A program made the position numbers and the translations under genes. Source: Macrostomum lignano (taxonomy: Eukaryota). Taken from it: a stretch of DNA of 64,000 bases. The stretch is from assembly GCA_002269645.1 (NCBI GenBank), contig NIVC01003384.1:36300-100299 (forward strand), in the 5' to 3' direction. Each line of letters begins with the position of its first letter. Position 1 is the stretch's first letter. Below the pieces are notes generated by a model. It was not told the origin of the DNA, did no database searches, and saw only the letters and a program-made list of their open reading frames with translations. Below, in pieces: positions 52,501 through 63,750 of the stretch.

Positions 52501-55500
52501 ATTGCTGGGCCAATTATCCACAACGCTGACTTGCCTAACTGTCAATCTGGCGGATTACAGTCAGCGCAGCATTAGCGGCAAACTGCTGATTGACATTGCG
52601 CGACAATTCCCTGCTTTGGAGAGTCTGGAACTCGTGCCTGTACAGCTAAGCGCGGCCGACTGCCGATCAGCCGGTATCGCGGGGCTTCAGCGACTCGCTC
52701 GACTGCGCCTGCTGATGCCGCCGCCCGAGCAGAGGTTTGTCGCTAGCAGGGGAGCTTACGGTGGCCTTGGATTCAGCAGCAGCTTCAGCAGCGGCTACGG
52801 CGACTGGACTGGGGACGAGTGTCGAATCACTGAGGATGGCCTCTGGCACCTGCTGAAGGTGATGAATTGTTTGATGAGTTGATAACGGATGCTGGGTTTC
52901 GGTAGAGATGATGGATTCTGGGTTCTGGTAGAGACTAAGGATTCTGGGTTTCGGTAGAGATGATGATGGATGCTGGGTGTCAGTAGAGATGATGATGGAT
53001 GCTGTGTTCCAGTAGGGATGATGATGGATGCTGGTTGTCAGTGGAGATGATGATGAATTCTGGGTGTCAGTGGAGATGATGATGGATTCTGGGTGTCAGT
53101 AGAGATGATGATGGATGCTGAGTGTTAGTAGAGATGATGATAGATGCTGGGTGTCAGTAGAGATGATGATGGATGCTGGGTGTCAGTAGAGATGATGATG
53201 GATTCTGGGTGTCAGTAGAGATGATGCTGGGTGTCAGTAGAGATGATGATGGATGCTGGGTGTCAGTAGAGATGATTATGGATGCTGAGTGTTAGTAGAG
53301 ATGATGATGGATGCTGGGTGTCAGTGGAGATGATGATGGATGCTGGGTGTCAGTAGAGATGATGATAGATGCTGGGTGTCAGTAGAGATGATGATGGATG
53401 CTGAGTGTCAGAACCTAAAGCCGCTCCCCACCGCACGCAGACCGTGGGTCCCAGACTGGAGGAGCTTCGCGTCCCGGCCGCCGGCCTCAGCGGCAAGTGC
53501 TTCCACTTCCTGACCGACCGCCTGACCATCCTGGAGCTGGTTGGTGTCGTCTCGCCGCGCGTACTTCGCCGATTGACCGAAGCCGCCTGCTGTCGGTCGC
53601 TTCGCTGCCTCCTGGTTGTCGCCGCTCCGCCAAGCCGCACTCCCGCTGGCTGTCGTCTTGCCGACTGGCTCGACTGGCAGCCAAGCGACCTCTACGCCCG
53701 ATTGCCGCGTCTGTGCATCGCCGACTTTGCCGGCCGCGGCGTCAGCTGCTCGGCTCGTCACGTTGAGCTGCCGGTCGGACAGGAGATCGGCTACTTCGGA
53801 CGTCGGCACGGCGATTTGGGATCGGCAGATATTGGACAGGCCAGGCGTGGCGAGAGATGGCTGAGCGTGCTCACCGCGTTCACCTGCGTTTCCTGCCTGG
53901 TGCTCACGGATACGTCTGTGAGTTGGTTGATGGATGATGGGATTTTGGGATTGATGGATGATGGGATTTTGGGATTGACAAATGATGGGATTTTGGGATC
54001 GACGGGTGATGGGATTTTGGGATTAACGGATGATGGGATTTTGGGATTGATGGATGATGGGATTTTGGGATTGATGGATGATGGGATTTTGGGATTGATG
54101 GATGATGGGATTTTGGGATTGATGGATGATGGGATTTTGGGATTGACGGATGATGGGATTTTGGGATTGACCGATAATGGGATTTTGGGATTGATAGATG
54201 ATGGGATTTTGGGATTGACGGATAATGGGATTTTGGGATTGATGGATGATGGGATTTTGGGATTGATGGATGATGGGATTTCGGGATTGATGGATGATGG
54301 GATTTTGGGATTGACGGATGATGGGATTTTGGGATTGACCGATAATGGGATTTTGGGATTGATAGATGATGGGATTTTGGGATTGACGGATGATGGGATT
54401 TTAGGATGAACGAATAATGGGATTTTGGGATCGACAAATGATGGGATTTTGGGATTAACGGATGATGGGATTTTATGATTGTTGAATGATGGGTTTCGGG
54501 GATTTGAGGATAAAGATTGGAGATTTGGGTTGAGATCTTTAGACTGGGTTTAGTTGCATTGCATTGTGCATTGGGTGATGGCGTGTTAGGCTGTGCATGT
54601 TTAAGTAAGTCGATGTGGGTTCTCTCGGATCGTGTCTAGAACATGCACTGCCCGCTACCCCTGGCCATGGCCAGGTGGACGACCAGTGTCTGCAGGCGGT
54701 GAGCCAGCGCCTGTCCAGCAGTCTGCAGGCCCTGTGCCTCACCCACTGCACCCGGATCAGCGCCTCAGGCTTTTGCGCGCTCGCCGAGTGCTCCAAATTG
54801 CGTCGGCTCCGAGTTTCCTGCACGCAGTTCGACCTCGGCGTTTCAACCCGTCTGCCTCCGCCGGGACTGCAGGAGCTGGCGGTGGCCTCCTGCCACCGGC
54901 TGGGCCAGCCTGTGCAGCCCGGCGTGCTGCGACGCTTCCTGGCACTTCGCCAACTCGTCAGTCTCGACCTGTCCTTCTGCGTCGGACTGCCGACTGCCGA
55001 CGAGATTGCCGATTGTCTTCGTCGGACCGACAGCGTCGCTGCCGCTGCTAAGCTAACCATCTACTGTAGGGGTGTCAGCGTGCCGATTGCGCAGGTTAGT
55101 ACGATGAAGCTTTGGCGTCTCAGCCTCGGCAATCCCATTTAACCCGTTAACAACGTTACCGTGACAAGAATCTTGTGACTTCTCTTCAATTTCTTGACTA
55201 TCTGACGATCTGAATGCGGTTATTCTTACTGTTAAAGAGTCATACTCGTACCTTTATGAAACTTCAGGAGCAACTGGACTCGATGAATCTAAATAGGCCA
55301 GTCGAGTTTAACAACCATCGATATCCATCGTCGTCATTGACTTGTACTCAGCAGGACGGCTGGTCCAATAGCGACTGGACCGCAACAGCCGCCCAGTCGG
55401 TACGGCCAATGTGCCTGCCGACACACTGGGTTCACCCCACTGCCACCGAAGCAGCCCGCCAGCAGGACCTGGAAGGCGGCTACGAGCACTATGTGGGCGA

Positions 55501-55615
55501 GTTCGACCTCATAGAGGACGAGCACGACTTCGATTTTGACGATACGGACGATGAAGATTATACAGACGAAGACTTAATCGACTGGGTTGACGACGGATCA
55601 GATTTTAGCTATTGA
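49600..55615 (+). CDS. F-box/leucine-rich-repeat protein (FBXL-like, ~827 aa, 7 exons) with acidic C-terminus
   Basis: Phase-0 GT-AG exons: 49600-49761, 49847-49930, 51197-51697, 52367-52858, 53441-53917, 54675-55094, 55268-55615. The F-box-like LLFKLNPMAFRAILERLDLKDWFRLL|EVCS spans a junction. Cysteine-containing LRRs include FPALESLEL, LVLTDTS|VDDQCLQAV, LQALCLTHCTRISASGFCAL and LVSLDLSFC. The first two exons and some acceptors are less certain. Confidence 0.75.
50030..51132. repeat. Highly homogeneous 30-bp intronic minisatellite (CTGGAAAGGGATTTGGGATCTCAGTCATAC)
   Basis: About 30 near-identical units; source of the 332/313/297-aa pseudo-ORFs. Confidence 0.97.
51742..52327. repeat. ~28-31-bp intronic minisatellite (CTCAGGTGAGAATCTCCTCCAGAATGAYT)
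   Basis: Directly visible; about 19 units. Confidence 0.95.
52890..53410. repeat. ~29-bp intronic minisatellite (GATGATGATGGATGCTGGGTGTCAGTAGA)
   Basis: Directly visible. Confidence 0.94.
53925..54480. repeat. 24-bp intronic minisatellite (GATGGGATTTTGGGATTGATGGAT)
   Basis: Directly visible; starts a few bases after the donor at 53918. Confidence 0.95.
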
Positions 55616-56115
55616 TGACAGAAGGCTGCGATGATGCTGTCAGCATGCTCTGTGTTGCATTTTGCTCACCCTTTAAACCAGTTTAAATATACAAACGTTA
55701 GAAACTATTAACTACCAATAACAACACTAAAAAGCTGCACTTCAAAAGTTTTATAATAGTACTTGAACTTAATTTGCTTCCCGATATATATTGTAAACGT
55801 CATTCATAAACGCTTAAACAAACAGATCCGATACCTTATGTTACTTTAGTATAGAGCATGGCTGACAGGCTACGATTTACGTACTGTATAAAATGCGTCT
55901 GCGCTTTACAGTGCAGAGCTGTAGAGACTGCAGTTGTGTAGTATGTAACTGAGTATGATGCAACATTGATTAGTATCCGGCCAGCACATGTAATTACAAT
56001 TCGCTATAAGTTGCAGTTTGATCAGCAGGCATCCAGCAACTCGTACAGGTCGGTAGGAGCGCCGCGATCAAGCCAGCATACAGGTTGGTATAGCGCGATC
56101 CGCAACGCACATCGA

Positions 56116-56241
56116 TCACTTCTTCTTATGACCGCCCTTGGCAGCGGCCTGCTCGCCCTCGGCTTTTTCCGGCTGCTGCTTGGCGGCGTCCTTGTTGGCA
56201 TCGGCGGCCTTCTTGTCGGCGGCGGCTTTCTTGGCAGGCAT
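56116..56241 (-). CDS. Microprotein A, copy 1 (41 aa: MPAKKAAADKKAADANKDAAKQQPEKAEGEQAAAKGGHKKK)
   Basis: ATG in context CAAACATGC through TGA, with GC3-rich codons (GCC/AAG/CAG) inside AT-richer flanks. It is paralogous to microprotein B. It is below the track's 60-aa cut-off. Confidence 0.7.
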   Translation of the reverse strand: MPAKKAAADKKAADANKDAAKQQPEKAEGEQAAAKGGHKKK

Positions 56242-56963
56242 GTTTGTCTGTTGAGATTAGGAAGCTGATGCTTGAAGCATCAATTTGAGAAGCGAGCAGC
56301 TGCGGTTTGCAAGGTGACCAACGTCAACTTCAAGTATAGCTAGCTGGCTGTACATCCTCATTAGAAAAACTATCTAGATATGTCCTAAAGGGCACTTCTT
56401 CTTATTTAACCGCTTATTGGAGCAGTGCAGCTCTACAAGGAACATTGGTGCATATCTAGCCTCTAGTTGGATGTGCTGGACAACGAAATCTAGAGGATGC
56501 TATATCAAGCCAAATGCAAGTAATGCCCCTTTCTCTGTCTGCAACTGCTGATCTAACACAAAACATCCTAAGCATATAGGGAAACAGAGAGCATTTAAAG
56601 AACGAGAGCCGAAAACACCTGCTTGCTTTAAAAATACTGTCCAATATGTAATTAGGAAATGCTACTGTAATTATTCTACAATCAAACAACTTTTTTCAAA
56701 GGATCAATTTACAACTATAAGCTTTCGTCAGCACGTGAGTAAGGTTAGTACAGTACAGAATACAGTAAGTAACCTAATTGCAGTTTCAGAGCTGGATGCA
56801 GCGACTCTTTAGCCCTAACAAAGACGATACGCTAATGCGGACAGATTATAGTATACTGTACAGGTATAGAGAGAGCTCAGAGTTCCACTCAGTCACGCCA
56901 ATAGTAGGCCTGGCTGTCATGCGGTGCAGAGCACACCTAACAATTGATCTCTCTGAAATCGCA

Positions 56964-57104
56964 TCACTTCTTCTGACCGGCCTTGGCGGCAGCGCCACCA
57001 GCCTGCTGTTGTTGTTGCTGCTGCTTTTGCTGCTTGGCGTCCTTGTTGGCATCGGCTGCCTGCTGCTTGCCGGCTCCCTGCTGCTGGTTCTGCTTGGCTG
57101 GCAT
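56964..57104 (-). CDS. Microprotein B, copy 1 (46 aa: MPAKQNQQQGAGKQQAADANKDAKQQKQQQQQQQAGGAAAKAGQKK)
   Basis: ATG in context CAGAATGC through TGA. It shares MPAK, AADANKDA, KQQ and KK-TGA with A. The track starts it at an upstream TTG (57167). Confidence 0.7.
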   Translation of the reverse strand: MPAKQNQQQGAGKQQAADANKDAKQQKQQQQQQQAGGAAAKAGQKK

Positions 57105-57991
57105 TCTGTGTTTTGCTTTTTGTGCTTGAAAGCTGCTTAGAGCTGCAATCGGGGCGACAGTAAGCAAGTCATATAGTGCTCACACAACAACAACACACAC
57201 ACAGCAGCGAACGAAGTCTGCGTGCATCTTAATCAAGTAGCTAGCTAGAATTTTTAAGTGCTACCAACCAGAGTATAACTTAGCTAAATACCAAAGGAAT
57301 TTCACTCTTTCTACTCATACAACTAATGATCGACGCTGGTTGCATTGATAAACCTGATGACCTGACCAGCTCGCAAGGGATGCCTAGAAATTATACATTT
57401 ACGAGCCGTATACTCCATTTCCACAGATTAGTCTACAAAAGCCCAGTAGCTAATTATTGCACTGCAAAATGTCTAACTCTTATACATAAACTGAAACAGC
57501 CCCACTGTCAGCCTGTGAGCGAGAGGCCCCTAAGCCTTGAGGAGCATGAAACTATATACGTGACTAGGAAGCAGCAAAAATATTGGTAAAAGTAGAGCTC
57601 AAGCCGAAAAACGATTGTTGGTTGTTGCAACAACTTTGTAAGTAACTGATGCACCCAGTACAACAATGTAATTTACGACAAGTACATGACTGCCCGTCAG
57701 AACAGAGCAGCTGGTACCATAGTATAGAGCATGGCTGACAGGCTACGATTTACGTACTGTATAAAATGCGTCTGCGCTTTACAGTGCAGAGCTGTAGAGA
57801 CTGCAGTTGTGTAGTATGTAATAACTGAGTATGATGCAACATTGATTAGTATCCGGCCAGCACATGTAATTACAATTCGCTATAAGTTGCAGTTTGATCA
57901 GCAGGCATCCAGCAACTCGTACAGGTCGGTAGGAGCGCCGCGATCAAGCCAGCATACAGGTTGGTATAGCGCGATCCGCAACGCACATCGA

Positions 57992-58117
57992 TCACTTCTT
58001 CTTATGACCGCCCTTGGCAGCGGCCTGCTCGCCCTCGGCTTTTTCCGGCTGCTGCTTGGCGGCGTCCTTGTTGGCATCGGCGGCCTTCTTGTCGGCGGCG
58101 GCTTTCTTGGCAGGCAT
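57992..58117 (-). CDS. Microprotein A, copy 2
   Basis: Identical ORF to copy 1. Confidence 0.7.
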   Translation of the reverse strand: MPAKKAAADKKAADANKDAAKQQPEKAEGEQAAAKGGHKKK

Positions 58118-58840
58118 GTTTGTCTGTTGAGATTAGGAAGCTGATGCTTGAAGCTGCAATTTGAGAAGCGAGCAGCTGCGGTTTGCAAGGTGACCAACGT
58201 CAACTTCAAGTATAGCTAGCTGGCTGTACATCCTCATTAGAAAAACTATCTAGATATGTCCTAAAGGGCACTTCTTCTTATTTAACCGCTTATTGGAGCA
58301 GTGCAGCTCTACAAGGAACATTGGTGCATATCTAGCCTCTAGTTGGATGTGCTGGACAACGAAATCTAGAGGATGCTATATCAAGCCAAATGCAAGTAAT
58401 GCCCCCTTTCTCTGTCTGCAACTGCTGATCTAACACAAAACATCCTAAGCATATAGGGAAACAGAGAGCATTTAAAGAACGAGAGCCGAAAACACCTGCT
58501 TGCTTTAAAAATACTGTCCAATATGTAATTAGGAAATGCTACTGTAATTATTCTACAATCAAACAACTTTTTTCAAAGGATCAATTTACAACTATAAGCT
58601 TTCGTCAGCACGTGAGTAAGGTTAGTACAGTACAGAATACAGTAAGTAACCTAATTGCAGTTTCAGAGCTGGATGCAGCGACTCTTTAGCCCTAACAAAG
58701 ACGATACGCTAATGCGGACAGATTATAGTATACTGTACAGGTATAGAGAGAGCTCAGAGTTCCACTCAGTCACGCCAATAGTAGGCCTGGCTGTCATGCG
58801 GTGCAGAGCACACCTAACAATTGATCTCTCTGAAATCGCA

Positions 58841-58981
58841 TCACTTCTTCTGACCGGCCTTGGCGGCAGCGCCACCAGCCTGCTGTTGTTGTTGCTGCTG
58901 CTTTTGCTGCTTGGCGTCCTTGTTGGCATCGGCTGCCTGCTGCTTGCCGGCTCCCTGCTGCTGGTTCTGCTTGGCTGGCAT
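58841..58981 (-). CDS. Microprotein B, copy 2
   Basis: Identical ORF to copy 1. Confidence 0.7.
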   Translation of the reverse strand: MPAKQNQQQGAGKQQAADANKDAKQQKQQQQQQQAGGAAAKAGQKK

Positions 58982-59868
58982 TCTGTGTTTTGCTTTTTGT
59001 GCTTGAAAGCTGCTTAGAGCTGCAATCGGGGCGACAGTAAGCAAGTCATATAGTGCTCACACAACAACAACACACACACAGCAGCGAACGAAGTCTGCGT
59101 GCATCTTAATCAAGTAGCTAGCTAGAATTTTTAAGTGCTACCAACCAGAGTATAACTTAGCTAAATACCAAAGGAATTTCACTCTTTCTACTCATACAAC
59201 TAATGATCGACGCTGGTTGCATTGATAAACCTGATGACCTGACCAGCTCGCAAGGGATGCCTAGAAATTATACATTTACGAGCCGTATACTCCATTTCCA
59301 CAGATTAGTCTACAAAAGCCCAGTAGCTAATTATTGCACTGCAAAATGTCTAACTCTTATACATAAACTGAAACAGCCCCACTGTCAGCCTGTGAGCGAG
59401 AGGCCCCTAAGCCTTGAGGAGCATGAAACTATATACGTGACTAGGAAGCAGCAAAAATATTGGTAAAAGTAGAGCTCAAGCCGAAAAACGATTGTTGGTT
59501 GTTGCAACAACTTTGTAAGTAACTGATGCACCCAGTACAACAATGTAATTTACGACAAGTACATGACTGCCCATCAGAACAGAGCAGATGGTACCATAGT
59601 ATAGAGCATGGCTGACAGGCTACGATTTACGTACTGTATAAAATGCGTCTGCGCTTTACAGTGCAGAGCTGTAGAGACTGCAGTTGTGTAGTATGTAATA
59701 ACTGAGTATGATGCAACATTGATTAGTATCCGGCCAGCACATGTAATTACAATTCGCTATAAGTTGCAGTTTGATCAGCAGGCATCCAGCAACTCGTACA
59801 GGTCGGTAGGAGCGCCGCGATCAAGCCAGCATACAGGTTGGTATAGCGCGATCCGCAACGCACATCGA

Positions 59869-59994
59869 TCACTTCTTCTTATGACCGCCCTTGGCAGCGG
59901 CCTGCTCGCCCTCGGCTTTTTCCGGCTGCTGCTTGGCGGCGTCCTTGTTGGCATCGGCGGCCTTCTTGTCGGCGGCGGCTTTCTTGGCAGGCAT
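59869..59994 (-). CDS. Microprotein A, copy 3
   Basis: Identical ORF to copy 1. Confidence 0.7.
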   Translation of the reverse strand: MPAKKAAADKKAADANKDAAKQQPEKAEGEQAAAKGGHKKK

Positions 59995-60717
59995 GTTTGT
60001 CTGTTGAGATTAGGAAGCTGATGCTTGAAGCTGCAATTTGAGAAGCGAGCAGCTGCGGTTTGCAAGGTGACCAACGTCAACTTCAAGTATAGCTAGCTGG
60101 CTGTACATCCTCATTAGAAAAACTATCTAGATATGTCCTAAAGGGCACTTCTTCTTATTTAACCGCTTATTGGAGCAGTGCAGCTCTACAAGGAACATTG
60201 GTGCATATCTAGCCTCTAGTTGGATGTGCTGGACAACGAAATCTAGAGGATGCTATATCAAGCCAAATGCAAGTAATGCCCCCTTTCTCTGTCTGCAACT
60301 GCTGATCTAACACAAAACATCCTAAGCATATAGGGAAACAGAGAGCATTTAAAGAACGAGAGCCGAAAACACCTGCTTGCTTTAAAAATACTGTCCAATA
60401 TGTAATTAGGAAATGCTACTGTAATTATTCTACAATCAAACAACTTTTTTCAAAGGATCAATTTACAACTATAAGCTTTCGTCAGCACGTGAGTAAGGTT
60501 AGTACAGTACAGAATACAGTAAGTAACCTAATTGCAGTTTCAGAGCTGGATGCAGCGACTCTTTAGCCCTAACAAAGACGATACGCTAATGCGGACAGAT
60601 TATAGTATACTGTACAGGTATAGAGAGAGCTCAGAGTTCCACTCAGTCACGCCAATAGTAGGCCTGGCTGTCATGCGGTGCAGAGCACACCTAACAATTG
60701 ATCTCTCTGAAATCGCA

Positions 60718-60858
60718 TCACTTCTTCTGACCGGCCTTGGCGGCAGCGCCACCAGCCTGCTGTTGTTGTTGCTGCTGCTTTTGCTGCTTGGCGTCCTTGT
60801 TGGCATCGGCTGCCTGCTGCTTGCCGGCTCCCTGCTGCTGGTTCTGCTTGGCTGGCAT
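60718..60858 (-). CDS. Microprotein B, copy 3
   Basis: Identical ORF to copy 1. Confidence 0.7.
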   Translation of the reverse strand: MPAKQNQQQGAGKQQAADANKDAKQQKQQQQQQQAGGAAAKAGQKK

Positions 60859-61745
60859 TCTGTGTTTTGCTTTTTGTGCTTGAAAGCTGCTTAGAGCTGC
60901 AATCGGGGCGACAGTAAGCAAGTCATATAGTGCTCACACAACAACAACACACACACAGCAGCGAACGAAGTCTGCGTGCATCTTAATCAAGTAGCTAGCT
61001 AGAATTTTTAAGTGCTACCAACCAGAGTATAACTTAGCTAAATACCAAAGGAATTTCACTCTTTCTACTCATACAACTAATGATCGACGCTGGTTGCATT
61101 GATAAACCTGATGACCTGACCAGCTCGCAAGGGATGCCTAGAAATTATACATTTACGAGCCGTATACTCCATTTCCACAGATTAGTCTACAAAAGCCCAG
61201 TAGCTAATTATTGCACTGCAAAATGTCTAACTCTTATACATAAACTGAAACAGCCCCACTGTCAGCCTGTGAGCGAGAGGCCCCTAAGCCTTGAGGAGCA
61301 TGAAACTATATACGTGACTAGGAAGCAGCAAAAATATTGGTAAAAGTAGAGCTCAAGCCGAAAAACGATTGTTGGTTGTTGCAACAACTTTGTAAGTAAC
61401 TGATGCACCCAGTACAACAATGTAATTTACGACAAGTACATGACTGCCCGTCAGAACAGAGCAGCTGGTACCATAGTATAGAGCATGGCTGACAGGCTAC
61501 GATTTACGTACTGTATAAAATGCGTCTGCGCTTTACAGTGCAGAGCTGTAGAGACTGCAGTTGTGTAGTATGTAATAACTGAGTATGATGCAACATTGAT
61601 TAGTATCCGGCCAGCACATGTAATTACAATTCGCTATAAGTTGCAGTTTGATCAGCAGGCATCCAGCAACTCGTACAGGTCGGTAGGAGCGCCGCGATCA
61701 AGCCAGCATACAGGTTGGTATAGCGCGATCCGCAACGCACATCGA

Positions 61746-61871
61746 TCACTTCTTCTTATGACCGCCCTTGGCAGCGGCCTGCTCGCCCTCGGCTTTTTCC
61801 GGCTGCTGCTTGGCGGCGTCCTTGTTGGCATCGGCGGCCTTCTTGTCGGCGGCGGCTTTCTTGGCAGGCAT
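61746..61871 (-). CDS. Microprotein A, copy 4
   Basis: Identical ORF to copy 1. Confidence 0.7.
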   Translation of the reverse strand: MPAKKAAADKKAADANKDAAKQQPEKAEGEQAAAKGGHKKK

Positions 61872-62594
61872 GTTTGTCTGTTGAGATTAGGAAGCTGATG
61901 CTTGAAGCTGCAATTTGAGAAGCGAGCAGCTGCGGTTTGCAAGGTGACCAACGTCAACTTCAAGTATAGCTAGCTGGCTGTACATCCTCATTAGAAAAAC
62001 TATCTAGATATGTCCTAAAGGGCACTTCTTCTTATTTAACCGCTTATTGGAGCAGTGCAGCTCTACAAGGAACATTGGTGCATATCTAGCCTCTAGTTGG
62101 ATGTGCTGGACAACGAAATCTAGAGGATGCTATATCAAGCCAAATGCAAGTAATGCCCCCTTTCTCTGTCTGCAACTGCTGATCTAACACAAAACATCCT
62201 AAGCATATAGGGAAACAGAGAGCATTTAAAGAACGAGAGCCGAAAACACCTGCTTGCTTTAAAAATACTGTCCAATATGTAATTAGGAAATGCTACTGTA
62301 ATTATTCTACAATCAAACAACTTTTTTCAAAGGATCAATTTACAACTATAAGCTTTCGTCAGCACGTGAGTAAGGTTAGTACAGTACAGAATACAGTAAG
62401 TAACCTAATTGCAGTTTCAGAGCTGGATGCAGCGACTCTTTAGCCCTAACAAAGACGATACGCTAATGCGGACAGATTATAGTATACTGTACAGGTATAG
62501 AGAGAGCTCAGAGTTCCACTCAGTCACGCCAATAGTAGGCCTGGCTGTCATGCGGTGCAGAGCACACCTAACAATTGATCTCTCTGAAATCGCA

Positions 62595-62735
62595 TCACTT
62601 CTTCTGACCGGCCTTGGCGGCAGCGCCACCAGCCTGCTGTTGTTGTTGCTGCTGCTTTTGCTGCTTGGCGTCCTTGTTGGCATCGGCTGCCTGCTGCTTG
62701 CCGGCTCCCTGCTGCTGGTTCTGCTTGGCTGGCAT
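62595..62735 (-). CDS. Microprotein B, copy 4
   Basis: Identical ORF to copy 1. Confidence 0.7.
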   Translation of the reverse strand: MPAKQNQQQGAGKQQAADANKDAKQQKQQQQQQQAGGAAAKAGQKK

Positions 62736-63625
62736 TCTGTGTTTTGCTTTTTGTGCTTGAAAGCTGCTTAGAGCTGCAATCGGGGCGACAGTAAGCAAGT
62801 CATATAGTGCTCACACAACAACAACACACACAGCAGCGAACGAAGTCTGCGTGCATCTTAATCAAGTAGCTAGCTAGAATTTTTAAGTGCTACCAACCAG
62901 AGTATAACTTAGCTAAATACCAAAGGAATTTCACTCTTTCTAACTCATACAACTAATGATCGACGCTGGTTGCATTGATAAACCTGATGACCTGACCAGC
63001 TCGCAAGGGATGCCTAGAAAAAATATACATTTACGAGCCGTATACTCCATTTCCACAGATTAGTCTACAAAAGCCCAGTAGCTAATTATTGCACTGCAAA
63101 ATGTCTAACTCTTATACATAAACTGAAACAGCCCCACTGTCAGCCTGTGAGCGAGAGGCCCCTAAGCCTTGAGGAGCATGAAACTATATACGTGACTAGG
63201 AAGCAGCAAAAATATTGGTAAAAGTAGAGCTCAAGCCGAAAAACGATGTTGGTTGTTGCAACAACTTTGTAAGTAACTGATGCACCCAGTACAACAATGT
63301 AATTTACGACAAGTACATGACTGCCCGTCAGAACAGAGCAGCTGGTACCATAGTATAGAGCATGGCTGACAGGCTACGATTTACGTACTGTATAAAATGC
63401 GTCTGCGCTTTACAGTGCAGAGCTGTAGAGACTGCAGTTGTGTAGTATGTAATAACTGAGTATGATGCAACATTGATTAGTATCCGGCCAGCACATGTAA
63501 TTACAATTCGCTATAAGTTGCAGTTTGATCAGCAGGCATCCAGCAACTCGTACAGGTCGGTAGGAGCGCCGCGATCAAGCCAGCATACAGGTTGGTATAG
63601 CGCGATCCGCAACAACGCACATCGA

Positions 63626-63750
63626 TCACTTCTTCTTATGACCGCCCTTGGCAGCGGCCTGCTCGCCCTCGGCTTTTTCCGGCTGCTGCTTGCGGCGTCC
63701 TTGTTGGCATCGGCGGCCTTCTTGTCGGCGGCGGCTTTCTTGGCAGGCAT
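63626..63750 (-). pseudogene. Microprotein A, copy 5, with a 1-bp deletion (frameshift or sequencing error)
   Basis: It reads GCTGCTTGCGGCG where other copies read GCTGCTTGGCGGCG, giving 125 nt instead of 126. Several other small indels cluster in this last unit. Confidence 0.55.

Noticed and set aside
55966-57140. Plus-strand 100-aa and 120-aa ORFs with hydrophobic tails (LLLLGVLVGIG) in the array
   Set aside because: They are antisense shadows of the K/Q/A-rich micro-ORFs (CTT/CTG/TTG are the complements of AAG/CAG/CAA). They have TTG starts and no mutual similarity outside the shadowed part.
57350-57395. Hammerhead-ribozyme-like CTGATGA...GAAA in the array unit
   Set aside because: Stem II cannot close (C after CTGATGA versus A before GAAA), and no stems I/III are evident.
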